Below are positions 1 through 7,357 of a DNA stretch of 56,913 nucleotides, piece by piece; positions within the stretch are counted from its first letter, which is position 1; every line of letters starts with the position of its first letter. The notes under the pieces are model-generated. The model was given only the letters and a program-made list of their open reading frames with translations, did not search any database and was not told the origin of the DNA. Source of the DNA: an uncultured Clostridia bacterium (GTDB taxonomy: Bacteria; Bacillota; Clostridia; Lachnospirales; Lachnospiraceae); the NCBI GenBank assembly GCA_946611595.1, contig CAMODY010000001.1:1-56913 (forward strand). The letters run 5' to 3'. A program made the position numbers and the translations under genes.

Positions 1-418
1 AAACATCATCAAACTCGTCAGCATCTGGCGGATTTACCAGGTATGCCGGTTTTCCTGTTTCAACTGCAAATGCATTGATGATCTGTGCACCTAAGATAGC
101 CGGGTGCTCCATCAGTCTTCCGGATGAGCAGTCCTCTAAGATCTTTGCATTAACAGGGAAAATACCTGTGGTCGTGGACTCAAGACCGCCAGAGTATGCT
201 GCAAATGCATCCATGTCTTTGATATCAATGTTGTTGTTTTTCAGCTCTTCCATAATTGTTTCTACTCTGTACGGAAGCTGATCAGATACTCTTGCAAAAG
301 TTTTCAGTTTTTCAGTATCGTGCTGAACGTTTGCTTTAAAGAGTCTTTCCTCGCCATCAAAAACAGCGAGCTTTGTGCTGGTAGAACCAGGGCTTAATGT
401 AAAAATCTTATATCCCAT
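1..418 (-). CDS. buk: Butyrate kinase paralogue, N-terminal 139 codons only (gene runs off the left edge)
   Basis: Absent from the ORF track because there is no stop in the window. Reverse translation from the ATG at 418-416 reads MGYKIFTLSPGSTSTKLAVFDGEERLF... This carries the acetate/butyrate-kinase N-terminal PGSTSTK motif and is collinear with the full-length buk at 1232-2311. Confidence 0.85.
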   Translation of the reverse strand, partial: MGYKIFTLSPGSTSTKLAVFDGEERLFKANVQHDTEKLKTFARVSDQLPYRVETIMEELKNNNIDIKDMDAFAAYSGGLESTTTGIFPVNAKILEDCSSGRLMEHPAILGAQIINAFAVETGKPAYLVNPPDADEFDDV

Positions 419-544
419 GTTAACCTCTCAATACTATTACTGATTTATTAGTTACCTGCCTCTAAAGGAGTTTACTTTTGGGCTGCAGCCAGAGTCTAAC
501 ATCCTTTTCGGCTTATGTTTTTTGTTTTGAAAAAGCACGCATAC

Positions 545-1225
545 TTAAATGAAAAATTCCGGATACTTCTTCTTCATCTCGTTGCCGTAACGACCGACGG
601 AGTCGATATGATGGTTGATCACATCTCTTGCGCCTTTGCTATCTTTCTTTTCAATTGCTTCGATAATCATCTCATGCTCTTTCGGGAGATCACCAATGCG
701 CTCTAATGTACCGACTTCCATATTTCTCCATCTTCTGACATGCATAAATGCATCTTCATAAAGATAAGGGAGATTCGGTCTGCCAACAGCAGCTAAAAGC
801 AGATTATGGAATTCATCATCAAGTTTGTAAAAACCATTCGGGTCTGCTTTATAATCTTTGATCGCTTTCTGTTTTTCCAGACAATTCCGTAAAGACTGGA
901 TCAGTTTTTCATTATCATCTTTTTCAATGATCCTGCGAACAGTTTCCTGTTCGATCGCCTCACGAAGATATAAAACGTCATTAATGAATTCCAGATCGAT
1001 CAAAGAAACGAAAGTTCCACGCTGAGGGTATACATCTACAAATCCGCGCTCTTTCAGAACTGCGAGTGCTCCACGCACAGTATGACGGGTCGTGTCATAA
1101 GCTGCGCAAAGATCGCCTTCGCTGATCAGCTCGCCCGGCATATATTTGAGACTTTCAATTTTTTTCAGCAGATCATTTACAATGTTATCGCTGGTAATGA
1201 CCCGCCTTACTCTCTGCATGTTCAT
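545..1225 (-). CDS. GntR-family transcriptional regulator, FadR-like (winged HTH plus helical FCD-type C-domain)
   Basis: The N-terminus (LISEGDLCAAYDTTRHTVRGALAVLKERGFVDVYPQRGTFV) matches the GntR HTH signature. The C-terminal helical region has His-rich FCD-like positions (FHNLL, HEMIIEAI, INHHI). ATG start, 6 nt after the buk stop. Confidence 0.85.
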   Translation of the reverse strand: MNMQRVRRVITSDNIVNDLLKKIESLKYMPGELISEGDLCAAYDTTRHTVRGALAVLKERGFVDVYPQRGTFVSLIDLEFINDVLYLREAIEQETVRRIIEKDDNEKLIQSLRNCLEKQKAIKDYKADPNGFYKLDDEFHNLLLAAVGRPNLPYLYEDAFMHVRRWRNMEVGTLERIGDLPKEHEMIIEAIEKKDSKGARDVINHHIDSVGRYGNEMKKKYPEFFI

Positions 1226-1231
1226 TTTCTC

Positions 1232-2311
1232 TTACAGTTTTCCTTCCACTTTTACGAAGTCTTTTGCTTTCTCCTCGCCTCTTAAGACACGAAGGCATCC
1301 AAATGCCAGAGAATCCATCTCATTCTCGCCCGGATAAATAACAACCGGAGCAATGAATTTAACTCTGTCAGATACCATCTTTGTGAACATCTCAGAATGA
1401 GCGATACCGCCTGTCAGGATGATTGCATCTACCTGACCGCAGCAGGTTGCTGCACAAGCACAAAGGTGTTTTGCAACGCCAAGTGCCATTGCTTCATAAA
1501 CAAGTTTTGCATGCTCATCGCCATTTGCGATCATCTTCTCTACTTCTCTGGAATCGTTAGTTCCAAGGTGAGAGTTAAGACCACCCTGTCCTTTGATTCT
1601 TTTCATCATGGACTTCTGATCATACTCTCCGCTGAATGCCATGTCTACGACCTGGAACAGCGGAAGTCCTCCGGTTCTTTCCGGAGAGAACGGGCCTTCC
1701 TCATCGCTTACGAAGTCGATGATTCTTCCCTGAGAATGAAGCGCAACAGAGATTCCGCCGCCAAGATGGGAAATTAAAAGGTTGGATTTGTCATATGCAT
1801 TTCCTGTTTCCTTTTCCCACTTTTTAGCTGCAGCTCTCATGTTCAGGTTATGGCCTAAAGCTTTTCTTCTCATCTCTTTAAATCCTGTGATCTTAGTCAA
1901 CGGGATCATTTCATCAACTGTGATTCCGTCATAAACGTATGCCGGAATATTCAGCTGAGTAGAGAGCGCATAAGCGATCGGTGCACCAAGGTTTGAAGGA
2001 TGGTTGTTCTGCGGATTGTTCTGCAGCTGCCATACCATATCCTCGTTTACTTTATAAGCGCCGGCTTCGATCGGCGGAAGGAGTCCGCATCTGCTGACGA
2101 TAGCGGTCAGATCTTCCAGTTTTACACCGTGTTTTTCCAGTGCATCTAAGATCATATCTCTACGGAATTCGTACTGATCTTTGATCTCATCAAACTTTGC
2201 CAGTTCTTCCGTAGAATGGGCAATGCTTTCAACAAATACCGGAGTCTCGTCATCATAGACAGCGATCTTTGTGGAAGTGGAACCCGGGTTCATGATTAAT
2301 AATTTTTCCAT
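1232..2311 (-). CDS. buk: Butyrate kinase (short/branched-chain acyl-phosphate kinase)
   Basis: 359 aa. It has MNPGSTSTKIAVYDD at the N-terminus and ISHLGGGISV and ILTGGIAHSE nucleotide loops typical of the ASKHA butyrate kinase family. The SD GGAGG lies upstream of the ATG. Confidence 0.9.
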   Translation of the reverse strand: MEKLLIMNPGSTSTKIAVYDDETPVFVESIAHSTEELAKFDEIKDQYEFRRDMILDALEKHGVKLEDLTAIVSRCGLLPPIEAGAYKVNEDMVWQLQNNPQNNHPSNLGAPIAYALSTQLNIPAYVYDGITVDEMIPLTKITGFKEMRRKALGHNLNMRAAAKKWEKETGNAYDKSNLLISHLGGGISVALHSQGRIIDFVSDEEGPFSPERTGGLPLFQVVDMAFSGEYDQKSMMKRIKGQGGLNSHLGTNDSREVEKMIANGDEHAKLVYEAMALGVAKHLCACAATCCGQVDAIILTGGIAHSEMFTKMVSDRVKFIAPVVIYPGENEMDSLAFGCLRVLRGEEKAKDFVKVEGKL

Positions 2312-2344
2312 AGTGCCTCCTGTAAAATGTGTGATTACGGGATC

Positions 2345-3331
2345 TTATCTGTTCATAATGTTCTGAGGCTCTTTGCCTGCTTCAACTGCTTCAAAGTTTG
2401 CAATTGCGCCGTTAAGCATTGTGATGAAAGCTTCATCTGTCATACCACCGATGTGCGGAGTCAGAGTCAGTCTGTCCATTCCTGCAGGGCTCATGTTCAG
2501 AAGGATGTGATCCTTCGGAGTCGGTTCCGGAGCAACAACGTCAAGTGCTGCGTGTGCGATCTCGCCGTTCTCTAATGCATATGCAAGAGCTTCATCGTTG
2601 ATAACTTCACCACGTGCAGTGTTAATTACGATTGCAGTGTTCTTCATTTCTTTGAACTGTTTCTCACCAAGCATTCCAACTGTCTCAGGGAATACCGGAA
2701 CGTGCATGGAGATAACGTCGCAAGCTTTGCAAAGATCATCAAATTCCATGTACTCGATGTTCAGTTCTTTTTCCTGCTCCGGTGTCGGACGGAAAGTATC
2801 ATAGTAGCTGATCTTTACGTTCCAGCCCTGAAGTTTCTTAACTGCTTCTTTTGCGATAGCACCCATGCCTACGAAGCCGATGTGCTTACCAGCGATCTCA
2901 TGAACGCCCATTGCTAGGGAATCACCCTTAACAACTGTATAATCTTCGTTCTTTAATCTTCTGTCGCTTAATGCGATTCTTCTGAATGCAGCAAGCATTA
3001 ATGCGATCGTGTGCTCAGCAACGCCGTTTGCATTTGCACCTCTGTTATTGCATACAGGAATGCCCATTTCTTTTGCTTTGTTAAAATCAATCTTGTCAAA
3101 TGCAACACCTTCAGACTGGATCAGTTTCAGCTGCGGATTTGCCTCGATTACAGCTGCACTTACCGGATGAACAGCGCCTACGAAAAGGTATTCAACACCC
3201 TTTAATGCTTCGATCAGCTGCTCGTCTGTGTACGGAACATCTACATAAGTGATATCCCAGTCTTCCGGGAAATAGATTCCATACTTTTCAAATCTTGATG
3301 GTGCTACGGTTGACACAAGTTTCTTTGCCAT
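2345..3331 (-). CDS. D-isomer-specific 2-hydroxyacid dehydrogenase (NAD-dependent)
   Basis: 328 aa. It has the Rossmann GFVGMGAIA motif and the catalytic triad context INTARG ... E ... PHIGG of the D-2-hydroxyacid dehydrogenase family. The SD AGGAGG lies upstream. Confidence 0.85.
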   Translation of the reverse strand: MAKKLVSTVAPSRFEKYGIYFPEDWDITYVDVPYTDEQLIEALKGVEYLFVGAVHPVSAAVIEANPQLKLIQSEGVAFDKIDFNKAKEMGIPVCNNRGANANGVAEHTIALMLAAFRRIALSDRRLKNEDYTVVKGDSLAMGVHEIAGKHIGFVGMGAIAKEAVKKLQGWNVKISYYDTFRPTPEQEKELNIEYMEFDDLCKACDVISMHVPVFPETVGMLGEKQFKEMKNTAIVINTARGEVINDEALAYALENGEIAHAALDVVAPEPTPKDHILLNMSPAGMDRLTLTPHIGGMTDEAFITMLNGAIANFEAVEAGKEPQNIMNR

Positions 3332-3418
3332 GTTACATCCTCCTGTTTCTTTTACTACATGAAAATAGTTTTACTTTGTTCTTTTTATCTGCAATAGCGA
3401 AATAGCTAATTATGCACT

Positions 3419-3988
3419 TTACATCTGATAGCCGCTCTCAAAGGCTTTAAGGTTTAAGTCCACCAGTTTTTCCGGAACGTTTTTAGCGATCAGACCTTTC
3501 CAGTCCACATCATCTAACCCAAGCTGCTTTACAAGTGCGCCTAAAAGCACGATATTCTGTGCTTTCACATTTCCGAGTTCTTCAGCAGCTTTATATGCAT
3601 CCACTACAAATACATTCGGAACCACTTTTTTAAGTTCTTCTGTCGCATCCGTAGGATATTCAGCAGCTCCCGTAAGGACCGGCATAGGCAGTATTTCTCT
3701 GGTATCTGTGATCACTGCACCGCCTTCTTTTAAATACGGGATCGCACGTACTGCTTCAATTTTTTCAAAAGATACGATAAGGTCTGCCTCCCCTTCTCCT
3801 ACGATTGGGGAATATACCTTATCTCCATATTTGATCTGTGTAACAACGGTACCGCCTCTCTGGCTCATACCGTGGATCTCGCTCATCTTGACATCAAAGC
3901 CTTTTTCGATCAAGCCTTTCGAAAGAATGGTTGAAGTAGTGATCGTACCTTGTCCGCCAACACCGACTAAAATAATTGCCTTTGTCAT
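3419..3988 (-). CDS. iorB: Indolepyruvate:ferredoxin oxidoreductase, beta subunit
   Basis: The ORF track gives 3419-4120. However, the ATG at 3988 gives MTKAIILVGVGGQGTITTS, the canonical IorB/gamma-domain N-terminus. It sits 1 nt after the iorA stop (3990-3992). The longer version would overlap the iorA ferredoxin domain. Confidence 0.85.
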   Translation of the reverse strand: MTKAIILVGVGGQGTITTSTILSKGLIEKGFDVKMSEIHGMSQRGGTVVTQIKYGDKVYSPIVGEGEADLIVSFEKIEAVRAIPYLKEGGAVITDTREILPMPVLTGAAEYPTDATEELKKVVPNVFVVDAYKAAEELGNVKAQNIVLLGALVKQLGLDDVDWKGLIAKNVPEKLVDLNLKAFESGYQM

Positions 3989-3989
3989 C

Positions 3990-5780
3990 TTACTCACCCA
4001 CTTTCTCGATCGCATCAAACTTGCACTGCTGGATACACAGACCACAGCGGTTACAGTTTGCAACATCTGCGATATAAGCCTTTTTATTTGCTTCATCAAA
4101 TGCGATAGACGGGCAGGCAATCTTCATGCACTGCCTGCAGCCAACACACTTGTCAGGATTCATCTGTACGTGTTTTCCTGCGTTCGCTCTCTGTACTTCT
4201 TTGATCAATGCGCAAGGTCTCTTGGTAATGATCACGAAAGGACCTTCAGCCTTAAGCGCAGCCTCAAGAGCTTCTTTTGCTGCCTCCTGATCAACCGGGT
4301 CAAAGACGCGTAAATGATCATCATCAATACCTAAGGAACGGACAACACTTTCAATATCGATCGCCGGGGATTCGTAACCCATTAAGTTCTTTGTTGTACC
4401 CGGGTTTTGCTGATGGCCCGTCATAGCGGTAATGGAGTTATCCAAAATACATGCAACAACATTGGATTCAGATGCTACGATATCGATCAGTGAAGTAAGC
4501 CCTGAATGGAAGAAGGTAGAATCTCCAAGTTCACCAATTGCTTTGCGGCTATCACCCTGCGCTTTCAAAGCTCTTGAAAGACCAACCAGTGAAGAGAAAC
4601 CACTTCCCATGCAAATGCAGGTATCAAAGCCGCTAAGCGGCGGATTGATCGCAAGTGCATAGCATCCAATGTCTCCAAGGGAAACGAATTTGTCGCGCAT
4701 TTTGCTTAATGCAAAGTAGAATCCGCGGTGCGGACATCCTGCACAAAGGACCGGCGGACGTGCCGGCACATTTACCGCATCTACCTGATAACGGAACTCG
4801 TCCTGAGATCCGATCAGGGAATCTCTTACGACCTTAGTGTTGAATTCTCCCTGGATCGTAAGCTTTTCTTTTCCGATTGCATTCGTAAAGCCAAGGGCCT
4901 TTACTGTATTTTCCAGATAAGGCTCTCCCTCTTCTACGATATATAAGGTTTCATATTTAGAAGCAAAGTCCGCCATCAGCTTTCTCGGAAGCGGATAGGT
5001 AAGACCAAGCTTTAAAACGCTAGCTGTATCGCCAAAGACTTCTTTTACATACTGGTAGGAAATACCGGAAGTGATGATTCCGATCTTTGCTCCCTCAACT
5101 TCCTCTACTCTGTTGAGTGCTGAAGTATTGGAATACTCTTCCATTTTTTCAAGAAGGTCTTCACGAATGATGTGACGTTTTTTCGCATTTACCGGAAGCA
5201 TGGAATACTTCGCTGCATTCCCCTCATATTTTTTAACCGGAACGTCAACTCTTTCTCCGATCTCTACCACACTTTTAGAATGGCATACACGCGTTGTCAT
5301 ACGGAAAAGGACCGGAACGTCGTATTCTTCGGATAGTTTCATCGCCTCGATAATAAAATCCTTGCACTCCTGAGAGTCTGAAGGTTCTACCATTGCAAGT
5401 TTTGCATGCGGTGCATAAAGGCGGTTATCCTGCTCGTTCTGGGAACTATGACATGCCGGATCGTCTGCAGTAACAAAAATAAGTGCACCATTCACACCGC
5501 AATATCCCATCGTAAAGATCGGGTCTGCGGCAACATTCATACCTACATGTTTGAACGTACAGATTGAACGCATGCCTCCGATACTTGCACCGGAAGCTGC
5601 CTCTGCTGCGACCTTTTCATTCGGTGACCATTCGCTGTAAATAACGTCTTTATAAAGGCCTCCGATATTCTCTAATATCTCTGTGCTTGGTGTGCCTGGA
5701 TAGGCAGATGCGAAATGACCGCCGCCCTCATAGAAGCCACGGGCTACCGCTTCATTTCCGCTCATGATCATCTTACTCAT
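3990..5780 (-). CDS. iorA: Indolepyruvate:ferredoxin oxidoreductase, alpha subunit (TPP-binding, with C-terminal 2x[4Fe-4S] domain)
   Basis: 596 aa. It starts MSGNEAVARGFYEGGGHFASAYPGTPSTEI, has the TPP motif GDSTFFHSG, and ends with two CxxCxxCxxxCP-type clusters (CVGCRQCMKIACP, CNRCGLCIQQC). Confidence 0.9.
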   Translation of the reverse strand: MSKMIMSGNEAVARGFYEGGGHFASAYPGTPSTEILENIGGLYKDVIYSEWSPNEKVAAEAASGASIGGMRSICTFKHVGMNVAADPIFTMGYCGVNGALIFVTADDPACHSSQNEQDNRLYAPHAKLAMVEPSDSQECKDFIIEAMKLSEEYDVPVLFRMTTRVCHSKSVVEIGERVDVPVKKYEGNAAKYSMLPVNAKKRHIIREDLLEKMEEYSNTSALNRVEEVEGAKIGIITSGISYQYVKEVFGDTASVLKLGLTYPLPRKLMADFASKYETLYIVEEGEPYLENTVKALGFTNAIGKEKLTIQGEFNTKVVRDSLIGSQDEFRYQVDAVNVPARPPVLCAGCPHRGFYFALSKMRDKFVSLGDIGCYALAINPPLSGFDTCICMGSGFSSLVGLSRALKAQGDSRKAIGELGDSTFFHSGLTSLIDIVASESNVVACILDNSITAMTGHQQNPGTTKNLMGYESPAIDIESVVRSLGIDDDHLRVFDPVDQEAAKEALEAALKAEGPFVIITKRPCALIKEVQRANAGKHVQMNPDKCVGCRQCMKIACPSIAFDEANKKAYIADVANCNRCGLCIQQCKFDAIEKVGE

Positions 5781-5850
5781 AACAAGTCTTCCTTCCTGAA
5801 AAAGTACTGCCAGATAGAAGTTAATTGCTTAAAAAATTCAATTTGTCAAC

Positions 5851-5926
5851 TTGTCGACAAATCTCTATTTTATTGTACTTGAGCTTATACAATTTGGCAA
5901 TCAATATTTCTTGAAAAATTGTACAA
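5851..5926. promoter_or_regulatory. Three GT-Nx-AC palindromes, candidate GntR/FadR-type operators
   Basis: The elements are TTGTCGACAA (5851-5860, perfect 10-bp palindrome), ATTGTA-N10-TACAAT (5872-5893, one arm is the -10) and TTGTACAA (5919-5926, perfect 8-bp palindrome). All lie in the iorA upstream region. Confidence 0.4.
5872..5900 (-). promoter_or_regulatory. Candidate sigma-A promoter of the iorA operon: TTGCCA-N17-TACAAT (minus strand)
   Basis: The reverse complement of 5895-5900 is TTGCCA and of 5872-5877 is TACAAT, with a 17-nt spacer. The site lies about 90 nt upstream of the iorA ATG. Confidence 0.5.
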
Positions 5927-5943
5927 AAAAAGTCCCTGAAAAT

Positions 5944-5971
5944 TGAAAAAGAAGCGGACTGGCCGCTTCTT
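5944..5971 (-). terminator. Rho-independent terminator after the CapA-like gene
   Basis: The stem is gaagcgg (5951-5957) / ccgcttc (5963-5969) with a 5-nt loop. On the minus strand it is followed by a T-run (complement of aaaaa at 5946-5950). Confidence 0.65.
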
Positions 5972-5987
5972 TAATTAGTTCCATATT

Positions 5988-7346
5988 TTAAAAGCCTTCC
6001 GGATCCGGTTCCAAGCGGATGCTTTCGCGGAATCTGTTATATTCTCCGCTGATCCTGCCCATCGTACGGTTGTAGGAGTCGATTGCTGCTCCTTCCGAAC
6101 TTGCGCCCCAGCTTGATGGATCTTTTTCATTATCAAGCGGTACGATCGAATAAACTCTGCCCTGTCCGTCATCTGTAAGATCCACCCAGGTCGGAATAAT
6201 ATCAAGGCCTGTGATCTTGACCTTTCCGTTGTTAAACTTGGAGAAAGTGACATTAAAGATCAGACCGTCTTCGGTATAGCCGCGGTTGCCATCCTCATCC
6301 ATCAGATTTGCTCTCTGATTCGAGATCTCATTACCCATTGAATACAGGCAGAGCATCTCATGGCCATTGCTGCTGGTTAAGGTCTCGTAACGCTCAATAA
6401 CATGCGGATGACCGCCAACGATCACATCGACTCCCATATCGCAAAGTCTTTGGGCGATTGCCTGTTGATCCTCATTTGGATCATCCTGATATTCATCGCC
6501 CCAGTGGATGTAGAAGATATTAGCCTCTACTCCAAGCATATCCATCTGATCAAGATCACTTTGCACAGCATTATAGAGTTCATCTAAATCGCTATAGCAA
6601 AAGCTGTTGACTAGGTCCTCTCCCCCGTCTGTAAGAGGAAGACCGTTTAAGGATTTAGTCCATCCGGTACTCTCACGAGTATCGTAGGTATAGCAGACAA
6701 AGCCAAGTTTGATGCCATTAACCATCTTGGTGATGATGTAGTGCTCATCCGTACTCTGTCTTGTTCCGGTATATTCCATACCGTTTTCCTTGATCACATC
6801 GAGTGTTCTTTTAATGCCGTAGGTTCCGGAATCGTTTGCATGGTTATTTGCTGTAAGGCAGATATCAACGCCTGCATTTGCCAGAGTAGTTACGATATTA
6901 TCCGGACAATTAAAGAGCGGATAACTCTTATATTCATTCTCTTCGCCGGCACAGGTAACTTCCAGGTTTGCGACCATAATGTCAGGCGCTGAATAATATG
7001 GTGCGACCAGAGCAAAGTCTCGGCTGAAATCGTAGTTTCCGCCGCCAGTAGCTGCTGCCTCGTAGATCGGTGAATGAATCAGAATATCTCCGGTAGATCC
7101 AACCGTTACTGAAGATGCAATAGCAGGGGAAGCAAGGCGAGGTCTTACTTCCTCCGGTGCCTCCTCTTTTGGTCTGGTCACCAAAAAGACGGTCACTGCA
7201 GCGATCAATACGATTAAGATCAGCAAAAGAATTCCCGGTTTAAACCCGCCTCTTCTTCTGCGTTTTTTCTGATTTCTTCGCTGCGGTCTTTGCGTCTGAT
7301 ATCTTCTATCACTCTGATATCTTTGATTACTTCTTCTTTGACTCAT
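5988..7346 (-). CDS. CapA/PGA_cap-family metallophosphoesterase-like protein, N-in bitopic
   Basis: 452 aa. It has an Arg-rich N-tail (MSQRRSNQRYQSDRRYQTQRPQRRNQKKRRRRGG), one TM (ILLLILIVLIAAVTVFLV), then a CapA-like domain (VGSTGDILIH, LTANNHANDSG, GGHPHV). Confidence 0.75.
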   Translation of the reverse strand: MSQRRSNQRYQSDRRYQTQRPQRRNQKKRRRRGGFKPGILLLILIVLIAAVTVFLVTRPKEEAPEEVRPRLASPAIASSVTVGSTGDILIHSPIYEAAATGGGNYDFSRDFALVAPYYSAPDIMVANLEVTCAGEENEYKSYPLFNCPDNIVTTLANAGVDICLTANNHANDSGTYGIKRTLDVIKENGMEYTGTRQSTDEHYIITKMVNGIKLGFVCYTYDTRESTGWTKSLNGLPLTDGGEDLVNSFCYSDLDELYNAVQSDLDQMDMLGVEANIFYIHWGDEYQDDPNEDQQAIAQRLCDMGVDVIVGGHPHVIERYETLTSSNGHEMLCLYSMGNEISNQRANLMDEDGNRGYTEDGLIFNVTFSKFNNGKVKITGLDIIPTWVDLTDDGQGRVYSIVPLDNEKDPSSWGASSEGAAIDSYNRTMGRISGEYNRFRESIRLEPDPEGF

Positions 7347-7357
7347 ATGTTCACCAT

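Noticed and set aside
3989-4120. N-terminal extension of iorB in the ORF track (start 4120).
   Set aside because: The extension overlaps the ferredoxin domain of iorA in another frame and has no homology-like features. The ATG at 3988 gives the canonical MTKAIILVGVGGQG start.
3708-4313. 201-aa plus-strand ORF. There are many similar long antisense ORFs, for example 12190-12789, 26016-26534, 34203-34745, 34664-35281, 41044-41694, 46244-46774, 52569-52991 and 54315-54953.
   Set aside because: Each lies entirely opposite a gene with strong, motif-level family identity (iorA/iorB, PIG-L, DegT, murA, PBP, valS, rarA, citrate synthase). Their translations are low-complexity or Cys/Ser/Leu-rich with no SD. 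They are typical shadow ORFs.
5975-6253. 92-aa minus-strand ORF overlapping the 3' end of the CapA-like gene in another frame. Similar nested same-strand ORFs occur at 11059-11253, 11529-11720, 12282-12506, 20979-21257, 23778-24062 and 33322-33582.
   Set aside because: They are nested inside longer ORFs with clear family signatures. They have no independent SD and their composition is biased.
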